A DNA stretch of 64,000 nt from Azolla caroliniana. Lineage: Eukaryota > Plantae > Polypodiophyta. The notes beneath the pieces were generated by a model. The model was not told where the DNA came from. It saw nothing but the letters and a program-made list of their open reading frames with translations, and searched no databases. Shown here one piece after another: positions 27,700 through 40,400 of the stretch (the first letter of the stretch is position 1; each line of letters begins with the position of its first letter). The position numbers and the translations under genes are program-made. The stretch covers positions 85,398-149,397 of the forward strand of contig JBHGNT010000063.1 of assembly GCA_043228905.1 (NCBI GenBank), written 5' to 3'.

Positions 27700-30600
27700 A
27701 TTAAAATGTTCATACCTGGCTCGTGTAATATCGGATTTTTGTGTTCAAACATGCAAATCGAAGCTAACAACGCTAGGTATGATATGGAATTAAAAAATCA
27801 AGATTTTGAAACTCAGGTCAAGAGACATGACGAAATTACCAAATTTGAGGAGTGAGTTGAGAAGAGCTAGTAAGTAAATTTAAATGTTCATACTTGGCTC
27901 GTGTGATATTGGATTTTTGTGTTCAAACATGCGAATCGAAGCTAACAACGATAGCTATGATATGGAATTAAAAAATCAAGATTTTGAAACTCAAGTCGAG
28001 AGACATGACGAAATTACCAAGTTTGAGGAGTGAGTTGAGAAGAGCCCTTGAGTAAATTAAAATGTTCATACCTGGCTCGTGTGATATCGGAATTTTGTGT
28101 TCAAACATGCAAATCGAAGCTAACAACGCGAGCTATGACATGGAATTAAAAAATCAAGATTTTGAAACTCAGGTCGAGAGACATGACGAAATTACCAAAT
28201 TTGAGGAGTGAGTTGAGAACAGCCGTTGAGTAAATTAAAATGTTCATACCTGGCTCGTGTAATATCGGATTTTTGTGTTCAAACATGCGAATCGAAGCTA
28301 ACGACGCGAGCTATGATATGGAATTAAAAAATCAAGAATTTGAAACTCAGGTCGAGAGACATGACGAAATTACCAAATTTGAGGAGTGAGTTGAGAACAG
28401 CCCTTGAGTAAATTAAAATGTTCATACCTGGCTCGTGTGATATCGGACATTTGTGTTCAAACATGCAAATCGAAGCTAACAACGCTAGCTATGATATGGA
28501 ATTAAAAAATCAAGATTTTGAAACTCAAGTCCAGAGACATGACGAAAATAGCAAACTTGAGGAGGGAGTTGAGAGGAGCCCTTGAGTTAATTAAAATGTT
28601 CATACCTGGCTCATGTGATATCAGATTTTTGTGTTCAAACATGCGAATCGAAGCTAACACTTCTAGCTATGAGATGGAATTAAAAAATCAAGATTTTGAA
28701 ACTCAGGTCGAGAGACTTGACGAAATTACCAAATCTGAGGAGTGAGTTCAGAACAGCCCTTGAGTAAATTAAAATGTTCATACCTGGCTCGTGTGATATC
28801 GGAATTTTGTGTTCAAACATGCAAATCGAAGCTAACAACGCTAGCTATGATATGGAATTAAAAAATCAAGATTTTGAAACTCAGGTCGAGAGACATGACG
28901 AAATTACCAAATCTGAGGAGTGAGTTCAGAACAGCCCTTGAGTAAATTAAAATGTTCATACCTGGCTCGTGTGATATCGGATTTTTGTGTTCAAACATGC
29001 AAATCGAAGCTAACAACGCTAGGTATGATATGGAATTAAAAAATCAAGATTTTGAAACTCAAGTCGAGAGACATGACGAAATTACCAAATTTGAGGAGTG
29101 AGTTGAGAAGAGCCCTTGAGTAAATTAAAATGTTCATACCTGGCTCGTGTGATATCGGAATTTTGTGTTCAAACATGCAAATCGAAGCTAACAACGCTAG
29201 CGATGATATGGAATTAAAAAATCAAGATTTTGAAACTCAGGTCGAGAGACGTGACGAAATTACCAAATTTGAGGAGTGAGTTGAGAACAGCCCTTGAGTA
29301 AATTAAAATGTTCATACATGGGTCGTGTAATATCGGATTTTTGTGTTCAAACATGCGAATCGAAGCTAACACTTCTAGCTATGATATGGAATTAAAAAAC
29401 CAAGATTTTGAAACTCAGGTCGAGAGACATGACGAAATTACCAAATCTGAGGAGTAAGTTCAGAACAGCCCATGAGTAAATTAAAATGTTCATACCTGGC
29501 TCGTGTGATATCGGATTTTTGTGTTCAAACATGCAAATCGAAGCTAACAACGCTAGCTATGATATGGAATTAAAAAATCAAGATTTTGAAACTCAGGTCG
29601 AGAGACATGACGAAATTACCAAATTTGAGGAGTGAGTTGAGAAGAGCCCTTGAGTAAATTAAAATGTTCATACCTGGCTCGTGTAATATCGGATTTTTGT
29701 GTTCAAACATGCAAATCGAAGCTAACAACGCTAGGTATGATATGGAATTAAAAAATCAAGATTTCGAAACTCAGGTCAAGAGACATGACGAAATTACCAA
29801 ATTTGAGGAGTGAGTTGAGAAGAGCTAGTAAGTAAATTTAAATGTTCATACTTGGCTCGTGTGATATTGGATTTTTGTGTTCAAACATGCGAATCGAAGC
29901 TAACAACGATAGCTATGATATGGAATTAAAAAATCAAGATTTTGAAACTCAAGTCGAGAGACATGACGAAATTACCAAGTTTGAGGAGTGAGTTGAGAAG
30001 AGCCCTTGAGTAAATTAAAATGTTCATACCTGGCTCGTGTGATATCGGAATTTTGTGTTCAAACATGCAAATCGAAGCCAACAACGCGAGCTATGACATG
30101 GAATTAAAAAATCAATATTTTGAAACTCAGGTCGAGAGACATGACGAAATTACCAAATTTGAGGAGTGAGTTGAGAACAGCCGTTGAGTAAATTAAAATG
30201 TTCATACCTGGCTCGTGTAATATCGGATTTTTGTGTTCAAACATGCGAATCGAAGCTAACGACGCGAGCTATGATATGGAATTAAAAAATCAAGAATTTG
30301 AAACTCAGGTCGAGAGACATGACGAAATTACCAAATTTGAGGAGTGAGTTGAGAACAGCCCTTGAGTAAATTAAAATGTTCATACCTGGCTCGTGTGATA
30401 TCGGACATTTGTGTTCAAACATGCAAATCGAAGCTAACAACGCTAGCTATGATATGGAATTAAAAAATCAAGATTTTGAAACTCAAGTCCAGAGACATGA
30501 CGAAAATAGCAAACTTGAGGAGGGAGTTGAGAGGAGCCCTTGAGTTAATTAAAATGTTCATACCTGGCTCATGTGATATCAGATTTTTGTGTTCAAACAT

Positions 30601-33600
30601 GCGAATCGAAGCTAACACTTCTAGCTATGAGATGGAATTAAAAAATCAAGATTTTGAAACTCAGGTCGAGAGACTTGACGAAATTACCAAATCTGAGGAG
30701 TGAGTTCAGAACAGCCCTTGAGTAAATTAAAATGTTCATACCTGGCTCGTGTGATATCGGAATTTTGTGTTCAAACATGCAAATCGAAGCTAACAACGCT
30801 AGCTATGATATGGAATTAAAAAATCAAGATTTTGAAACTCAGGTCGAGAGACATGACGAAATTACCAAATCTGAGGAGTGAGTTCAGAACAGCCCTTGAG
30901 TAAATTAAAATGTTCATACCTGGCTCGTGTGATATCGGATTTTTGTGTTCAAACATGCAAATCGAAGCTAACAACGCTAGGTATGATATGGAATTAAAAA
31001 ATCAAGATTTTGAAACTCAAGTCGAGAGACATGACGAAATTACCAAATTTGAGGAGTGAGTTGAGAAGAGCCCTTGAGTAAATTAAAATGTTCATACCTG
31101 GCTCGTGTGATATCGGAATTTTGTGTTCAAACATGCAAATCGAAGCTAACAACGCTAGCGATGATATGGAATTAAAAAATCAAGATTTTGAAACTCAGGT
31201 CGAGAGACGTGACGAAATTACCAAATTTGAGGAGTGAGTTGAGAACAGCCCTTGAGTAAATTAAAATGTTCATACATGGGTCGTGTAATATCGGATTTTT
31301 GTGTTCAAACATGCGAATCGAAGCTAACACTTCTAGCTATGATATGGAATTAAAAAACCAAGATTTTGAAACTCAGGTCGAGAGACATGACGAAATTACC
31401 AAATCTGAGGAGTAAGTTCAGAACAGCCCATGAGTAAATTAAAATGTTCATACCTGGCTCGTGTGATATCGGATTTTTGTGTTCAAACATGCAAATCGAA
31501 GCTAACAACGCTAGCTATGATATGGAATTAAAAAATCAAGATTTTGAAACTCAGGTCGAGAGACATGACGAAATTACCAAATTTGAGGAGTGAGTTGAGA
31601 AGAGCCCTTGAGTAAATTAAAATGTTCATACCTGGCTCGTGTAATATCGGATTTTTGTGTTCAAACATGCAAATCGAAGCTAACAACGCTAGGTATGATA
31701 TGGAATTAAAAAATCAAGATTTCGAAACTCAGGTCAAGAGACATGACGAAATTACCAAATTTGAGGAGTGAGTTGAGAAGAGCTAGTAAGTAAATTTAAA
31801 TGTTCATACTTGGCTCGTGTGATATTGGATTTTTGTGTTCAAACATGCGAATCGAAGCTAACAACGATAGCTATGATATGGAATTAAAAAATCAAGATTT
31901 TGAAACTCAAGTCGAGAGACATGACGAAATTACCAAGTTTGAGGAGTGAGTTGAGAAGAGCCCTTGAGTAAATTAAAATGTTCATACCTGGCTCGTGTGA
32001 TATCGGAATTTTGTGTTCAAACATGCAAATCGAAGCCAACAACGCGAGCTATGACATGGAATTAAAAAATCAATATTTTGAAACTCAGGTCGAGAGACAT
32101 GACGAAATTACCAAATTTGAGGAGTGAGTTGAGAACAGCCGTTGAGTAAATTAAAATGTTCATACCTGGCTCGTGTAATATCGGATTTTTGTGTTCAAAC
32201 ATGCGAATCGAAGCTAACGACGCGAGCTATGATATGGAATTAAAAAATCAAGAATTTGAAACTCAGGTCGAGAGACATGACGAAATTACCAAATTTGAGG
32301 AGTGAGTTGAGAACAGCCCTTGAGTAAATTAAAATGTTCATACCTGGCTCGTGTGATATCGGACATTTGTGTTCAAACATGCAAATCGAAGCTAACAACG
32401 CTAGCTATGATATGGAATTAAAAAATCAAGATTTTGAAACTCAAGTCCAGAGACATGACGAAAATAGCAAACTTGAGGAGGGAGTTGAGAGGAGCCCTTG
32501 AGTTAATTAAAATGTTCATACCTGGCTCATGTGATATCAGATTTTTGTGTTCAAACATGCGAATCGAAGCTAACACTTCTAGCTATGAGATGGAATTAAA
32601 AAATCAAGATTTTGAAACTCAGGTCGAGAGACTTGACGAAATTACCAAATCTCAGGAGTGAGTTCAGAACAGCCCTTGAGTAAATTAAAATGTTCATACC
32701 TGGCTCGTGTGATATCGGAATTTTGTGTTCAAACATGCAAATCGAAGCTAACAACGCTAGCTATGATATGGAATTAAAAAATCAAGATTTTGAAACTCAG
32801 GTCGAGAGACATGACGAAATTACCAAATCTGAGGAGTGAGTTCAGAACAGCCCTTGAGTAAATTAAAATGTTCATACCTGGCTCGTGTGATATCGGATTT
32901 TTGTGTTCAAACATGCAAATCGAAGCTAACAACGCTAGGTATGATATGGAATTAAAAAATCAAGATTTTGAAACTCAAGTCGAGAGACATGACGAAATTA
33001 CCAAATTTGAGGAGTGAGTTGAGAAGAGCCCTTGAGTAAATTAAAATGTTCATACCGGGCTCGTGTGATATCGGAATTTTGTGTTCAAACATGCAAATCG
33101 AAGCTAACAACGCTAGCGATGATATGGAATTAAAAAATCAAGATTTTGAAACTCAGGTCGAGAGACGTGACGAAATTACCAAATTTGAGGAGTGAGTTGA
33201 GAACAGCCCTTGAGTAAATTAAAATGTTCATACATGGGTCGTGTAATATCGGATTTTTGTGTTCAAACATGCGAATCGAAGCTAACACTTCTAGCTATGA
33301 TATGGAATTAAAAAACCAAGATTTTGAAACTCAGGTCGAGAGACATGACGAAATTACCAAATCTGAGGAGTAAGTTCAGAACAGCCCATGAGTAAATTAA
33401 AATGTTCATACCTGGCTCGTGTGATATCGGATTTTTGTGTTCAAACATGCAAATCGAAGCTAACAACGCTAGCTATGATATGGAATTAAAAAATCAAGAT
33501 TTTGAAACTCAGGTCGAGAGACATGACGAAATTACCAAATTTGAGGAGTGAGTTGAGAAGAGCCCTTGAGTAAATTAAAATGTTCATACCTGGCTCGTGT

Positions 33601-34480
33601 AATATCGGATTTTTGTGTTCAAACATGCAAATCGAAGCTAACAACGCTAGGTATGATATGGAATTAAAAAATCAAGATTTCGAAACTCAGGTCAAGAGAC
33701 ATGACGAAATTACCAAATTTGAGGAGTGAGTTGAGAAGAGCTAGTAAGTAAATTTAAATGTTCATACTTGGCTCGTGTGATATTGGATTTTTGTGTTCAA
33801 ACATGCGAATCGAAGCTAACAACGATAGCTATGATATGGAATTAAAAAATCAAGATTTTGAAACTCAAGTCGAGAGACATGACGAAATTACCAAGTTTGA
33901 GGAGTGAGTTGAGAAGAGCCCTTGAGTAAATTAAAATGTTCATACCTGGCTCGTGTGATATCGGAATTTTGTGTTCAAACATGCAAATCGAAGCTAACAA
34001 CGCGAGCTATGACATGGAATTAAAAAATCAAGATTTTGAAACTCAGGTCGAGAGACATGACGAAATTACCAAATTTGAGGAGTGAGTTGAGAACAGCCGT
34101 TGAGTAAATTAAAATGTTCATACCTGGCTCGTGTAATATCGGATTTTTGTGTTCAAACATGCGAATCGAAGCTAACGACGCGAGCTATGATATGGAATTA
34201 AAAAATCAAGAATTTGAAACTCAGGTCGAGAGACATGACGAAATTACCAAATTTGAGGAGTGAGTTGAGAACAGCCCTTGAGTAAATTAAAATGTTCATA
34301 CCTGGCTCGTGTGATATCGGACATTTGTGTTCAAACATGCAAATCGAAGCTAACAACGCTAGCTATGATATGGAATTAAAAAATCAAGATTTTGAAACTC
34401 AAGTCCAGAGACATGACGAAAATAGCAAACTTGAGGAGGGAGTTGAGAGGAGCCCTTGAGTTAATTAAAATGTTCATACC
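27700..34480. repeat. 11-mer HOR type 1, ~3.5 copies, period 1958 bp
   Basis: ORF marker at 28518, 30476, 32434 and 34392. CATACATGGGTC, AAAAACCAAG, GTAAGTTCAG, GAGACGTGAC, CTAGCGATG and TATCAGATT repeat at 1958-bp steps. Confidence 0.92.
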
Positions 34481-37470
34481 TGGCTCCTGTGATATCGGAT
34501 TTTTGTGTTCAAACATGCGAATCGAAGCTAACAACGCTAGCTATGATATGGAATTAAAAAATCAAGATTTTGAAACTCAGGTCGAGAGACATGACGAAAT
34601 TACCAAATTTGAGGAGTGAGTTGAGAACAGCTAGTAGGTAAATTTAAATGTTCATACTTGGCTCGTGTGATATCGGATTTTTGTGTTCAAACATGCGAAT
34701 CGAAGCTAACAACGATAGCTATGATATGGAATTAAAAAATCAAGATTTTGAAACTCAAGTCGAGAGACATGACGAAATTACCAAATTTGAGGAGTGAGTT
34801 GAGAAGAGCCCTTGACTAAATTAAAATGTTCATACCTGGCTCGTGTGATATCGGAATTTTGTGTTCAAACATGCAAATCGAAGCTAACAACGCTAGCTAT
34901 GATATGGAATTAAAAAATCAAGATTTTGAAACTCAGGTCGAGAGACATGACGAAATTACCAAATTTGAGGAGTGAGTTGAGAACAGCCCTTGAGTAAATT
35001 AAAATGTTCATACCTGGCTCATGTAATATCGGATTTTTGTGTTCAAACATGCGAATCGAAGCTAACACTTCTAGCTATGATATGGAATTAAAAAATCAAG
35101 ATTTTGAAACTCAGGTCGAGAGACTTGACGAAATTACCAAATCTGAGGAGTGAGTTGAGAACAGCCCTTGAGTAAATTAAAATGTTCATACCTGGCTCGT
35201 GTGATATCGGATTTTTGTGTTCAAACATGCAAATTGAAGCTAACAACGCTAGCTATGATATGGAATTAAAAAATCAAGAATTTGAAACTCAGGTCGAGAG
35301 ACATGACGAAATTACCAAATCTCAGGAGTGAGTTCAGAACAGCCCTTGAGTAAATTAAAATGTTCATACCTGGCTCGTGTGATATCGGATTTTTGTGTTC
35401 AAACATGCAAATCGAAGCTAACAACGCTAGCTATGATATGGAATTAAAAAATCAAGATTTTGAAACTCAAGTCCAGAGACATGACGAAAATAGCAAACTT
35501 GAGGAGGGAGTTGAGAGGAGCCCTTGAGTAAATTAAAATGTTCATACCTGGCTCGTGTGATATCGGATTTTTGTGTTCAAACATGCAAATCGAAGCTAAC
35601 AACGCTAGCTATGATATGGAATTAAAAAATCAAGATTTTGAAACTCAGGTCGAGAGACATGACGAAATTACCAAATTTGAGGAGTGAGTTGAGAAGAGTC
35701 GTTGAGTAAATTAAAATGTTCATACCTGGCTCGTGTAATATCGGATTTTTGTGTTCAAACATGCGAATCGAAGCTAACAACGATAGCTATGATATGGAAT
35801 TAAAAAATCAAGATTTTGAAACTCAAGTCGAGAGACATGACGAAATTACCAAGTTTGAGGAGTGAGTTGAGAAGAGCCCTTGAGTAAATTAAAATGTTCA
35901 TACCTGGCTCGTGTGATATCGGAATTTTGTGTTCAAACATGCAAATCGAAGCTAACAACGCGAGCTATGACATGGAATTAAAAAATCAAGATTTTGAAAC
36001 TCAGGTCGAGAGACATGACGAAATTACCAAATTTGAGGAGTGAGTTGAGAACAGCCGTTGAGTAAATTAAAATGTTCATACCTGGCTCGTGTAATATCGG
36101 ATTTTTGTGTTCAAACATGCGAATCGAAGCTAACGACGCGAGCTATGATATGGAATTAAAAAATCAAGATTTTGAAACTCAGGTCGAGAGACATGACGAA
36201 ATTACCAAATTTGAGGAGTGAGTTGAGAACAGCCCTTGAGTAAATTAAAATGTTCATACCTGGCTCGTGTGATATCGGACATTTGTGTTCAAACATGCAA
36301 ATCGAAGCTAACAACGCTAGCTATGATATGGAATTAAAAAATCAAGATTTTGAAACTCAAGTCCAGAGACATGACGAAAATAGCAAACTTGAGGAGGGAG
36401 TTGAGAGGAGCCCTTGAGTTAATTAAAATGTTCATACCTGGCTCCTGTGATATCGGATTTTTGTGTTCAAACATGCGAATCGAAGCTAACAACGCTAGCT
36501 ATGATATGGAATTAAAAAATCAAGATTTTGAAACTCAGGTCGAGAGACATGACGAAATTACCAAATTTGAGGAGTGAGTTGAGAAGAGCTAGTAGGTAAA
36601 TTTAAATGTTCATACTTGGCTCGTGTGATATCGGATTTTTGTGTTCAAACATGCGAATCGAAGCTAACAACGATAGCTATGATATGGAATTAAAAAATCA
36701 AGATTTTGAAACTCAAGTCGAGAGACATGACGAAATTACCAAATTTGAGGAGTGAGTTGAGAAGAGCCCTTGACTAAATTAAAATGTTCATACCTGGCTC
36801 GTGTGATATCGGAATTTTGTGTTCAAACATGCAAATCGAAGCTAACAACGCTAGCTATGATATGGAATTAAAAAATCAAAATTTTGAAACTCAGGTCGAG
36901 AGACATGACGAAATTACCAAATTTGAGGAGTGAGTTGAGAACAGCCCTTGAGTAAATTAAAATGTTCATACCTGGCTCATGTAATATCGGATTTTTGTGT
37001 TCAAACATGCGAATCGAAGCTAACACTTCTAGCTATGATATGGAATTAAAAAATCAAGATTTTGAAACTCAGGTCGAGAGACTTGACGAAATTACCAAAT
37101 CTGAGGAGTGAGTTGAGAACAGCCCTTGAGTAAATTAAAATGTTCATACCTGGCTCGTGTGATATCGGATTTTTGTGTTCAAACATGCAAATTGAAGCTA
37201 ACAACGCTAGCTATGATATGGAATTAAAAAATCAAGAATTTGAAACTCAGGTCGAGAGACATGACGAAATTACCAAATCTCAGGAGTGAGTTCAGAACAG
37301 CCCTTGAGTAAATTAAAATGTTCATACCTGGCTCGTGTGATATCGGATTTTTGTGTTCAAACATGCAAATCGAAGCTAACAACGCTAGCTATGATATGGA
37401 ATTAAAAAATCAAGATTTTGAAACTCAAGTCCAGAGACATGACGAAAATAGCAAACTTGAGGAGGGGGTT
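33810..37470. repeat. 11-mer HOR type 2, ~2 copies, period 1958 bp
   Basis: CTTGACTAAA at 34811 and 36769. GGCTCCTGTG, AAATTGAAGC and ATCTCAGG are shared. Identical ORFs at 34392 and 36350. Confidence 0.88.
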
Positions 37471-40400
37471 GAGAGGAGCCCTTGAGTTAACTAAAATGTT
37501 CATACCTGGCTCGTGTGATATCGGATTTTTGTGTTCAAACATGCAAACCGAAGCTAACAACGCTAGCTATGATATGGAATTAAAAAATCAAGATTTTGAA
37601 ACTCAGGTCGAGAGACATGACGAAATTACCAAATTTGAGGAGTGAGTTGAGAAGAGCTAGTAGGTAAATTTAAATGTTCATACTTGGCTCGTGTGATATC
37701 GGATTTTTGTGTTCAAACATGCGAATCGAAGCTAACAACGATAGCTATGATATGGAATTAAAAAATCAAGATTTTCAAACTCAAGTCGAGAGACATGACG
37801 AAATTACCAAATTTGAGGAGTGAGTTGAGAAGAGCCCTTGAGTAAATTAAAATGTTCATACCTGGCTCATGTAATATCGGATTTTTGTGTTCAAACATGC
37901 GAATCGAAGCTAACACTTCTAGCTATGATATGGAATTAAAAAATCAAGATTTTGAAACTCAGGTCGAGAGACTTGACGAAATTACCAAAGCTGAGGAGTG
38001 AGTTCAGAACAGCCCTTGAGTAAATTAAAATGTTCATACCTGGCTCGTGTGATATCGGATTTTTGTGTTCAAACATGCAAATCGAAGCTAACAACGCTAG
38101 CTATGATATGGAATTAAAAAATCAAGATTTTGAAACTCAAGTCCAGAGACATGACGAAAATAGCAAACTTGAGGAGGGAGTTGAGAGGAGCCCTTGAGTA
38201 AATTAAAATGTTCATACCTGGCTCGTGTGATATCGGATTTTTGTGTTCAAACATGCAAATCGAAGCTAACAACGCTAGCTATGATATGAAATTAAAAAAT
38301 CAAGATTTTGAAACTCAGGTCGAGAGACATGACGAAATTACCAAATTTGAGGAGTGAGTTGAGAAGAGCCCTTGAGTAAATTAAAATGTTCATACCTGGC
38401 TCGTGTGATATCGGAATTTTGTGTTCAAACATGCAAATCGAAGCTAACAACGCTAGGTATGATATGGAATTAAAAAATCAAGATTTTGAAACTCAAGTCG
38501 AGAGACATGACGAAATTACCAAATTTGAGGAGTGAGTTGAGAAGAGCCCTTGAGTAAATTAAAATGTTCATACCTGGCTCGTGTGATATCGAAATTTTGT
38601 GTTCAAACATGCAAATCGAAGCTAACAACGCTAGCTATGATATGGAATTAAAAAATCAAGATTTTGAAACTGAGGTCGAGAGACATGAGGAAATTATCAA
38701 ATTTGAGGAGTGAGTTGAGAACAGCCCTTGAGTAAATTAAAATATTCATACCTGGCTCGTGTGATATCGGATTTTTGTGTTCACACATGCGAATCTAAGC
38801 TAACAACGCTAGCTATGATATGGAATTAAAAAATCAAGATTTTGAAACTCAAGTCGAGAGACATGACGAAATTACCAAATTTGAGGAGTGAGTTGAGAAG
38901 AGCCCTTGAGTAAATTAAAATGTTCATACCTGGCTCGTGTGATATCGGATTTTTGTGTTCAAACATGCATATCGAAGCTAACGACGCGAGCTATGATATA
39001 GAATTAAAAAATCAAGATTTTGAAACTGAGGGCGAGAGACATGAAGAAATTACCAAATTTGAGGAGTGAGTTGAGAACAGCCCTTGAGTAAATTAAAATA
39101 TTCATACCTGGCTCGTGTGATATCGGATTTTTGTGTTCAAACATGCAAATCGAAGCTAACAACGCTAGCTATGATATGGAATTAAAAAATCAAGATTTTG
39201 AAACTCAAGTCCAGGGACATGACGAAAATAGTAAACTTGAGGAGGGAGTTGAGAGGAGCCCTTGAGTAAATTAAAATGTTCATACCTGGCTCATGTGATA
39301 TCGGATTTTTGTGTTCAAACATGCGAATCGAAGCTAAGAATTCTAGCTATGATATGGAATTAAAAAATCAAGATTTGGAAACTCAGGTCGAGAGACATGA
39401 CGAAATTACCACATTTGAGAAGTGAGTTGAGAAGAGCCCTTAAGTAAATTAAAATGTTCATACCTGGCTCGTGTAATATCGGATTTTTGTGTTCAAACAT
39501 GCAAATCGAAGCTAACAACGCTAACTATGATATGGAATTAAAAAATCAAGATTTTGAAACTCAGGTCGACAGACATGACGAAATTACCAAATTTTGAGGA
39601 GTGAGTTGAGAAGAGCTAGTAGGTAAATTTAAATGTTCATACCTGGCTTGTGTAATATCGGATTTTTGTGTTCAAACATGCAAATCGAAGCTAACAACGC
39701 GAGCTATGATATGGAATTAAAAAATCAAGATTTTGAAACTTAGGTCGAGAGACATGACGAAAGTACCAAATTTGAGGAGTGAGTTGAGAAGAGCTAGTAG
39801 GTAAATTAAAATGTTCATACCTGGCTCGTGTGATATCGGATTTTTGTGTTCAAACATGCAAATCGAAGCTAACAACGCTAGCTATGATATGGAATTAAAA
39901 AATCAAGATTTTGAAACTCAGGTCGAGCGACATGACGAAAATAGCAAACTTGAGGAGGGAGTTGAGAGGAGCCCTTGAGTAAATTAAAATGTTCATACCT
40001 GGCTCGTGTGATATCGGATTTTTGTGTTCAAACATGCAAATCGAAGCTAACAACGCTAGCTATGATATGGAATTAAAAAATCAAGATTTTGAAACTCAGG
40101 TCGAGAGACATGATGAAATTACCAAATTTGAGGAGTGAGTTGAGAAGAGCTAGTAGGTAAATTTAAATGTTCATACTTGGCTCGTGTGATATCGGATTTT
40201 TGTGTTCAAACATGCGAATCGAAGCTAACAACGCTAGCTATGATATGGAATTAAAAAATCAAGATTTTGAAACTCAAGTCGAGAGACATGACGAAATTAC
40301 CAAATTTGAGGAGTGAGTTGAGAAGAGCCCTTGAGTAAATTAAAATGTTCATACCTGGCTCGTGTGATATCGGAATTTTGTGTTCAAACATGCAAATCGA

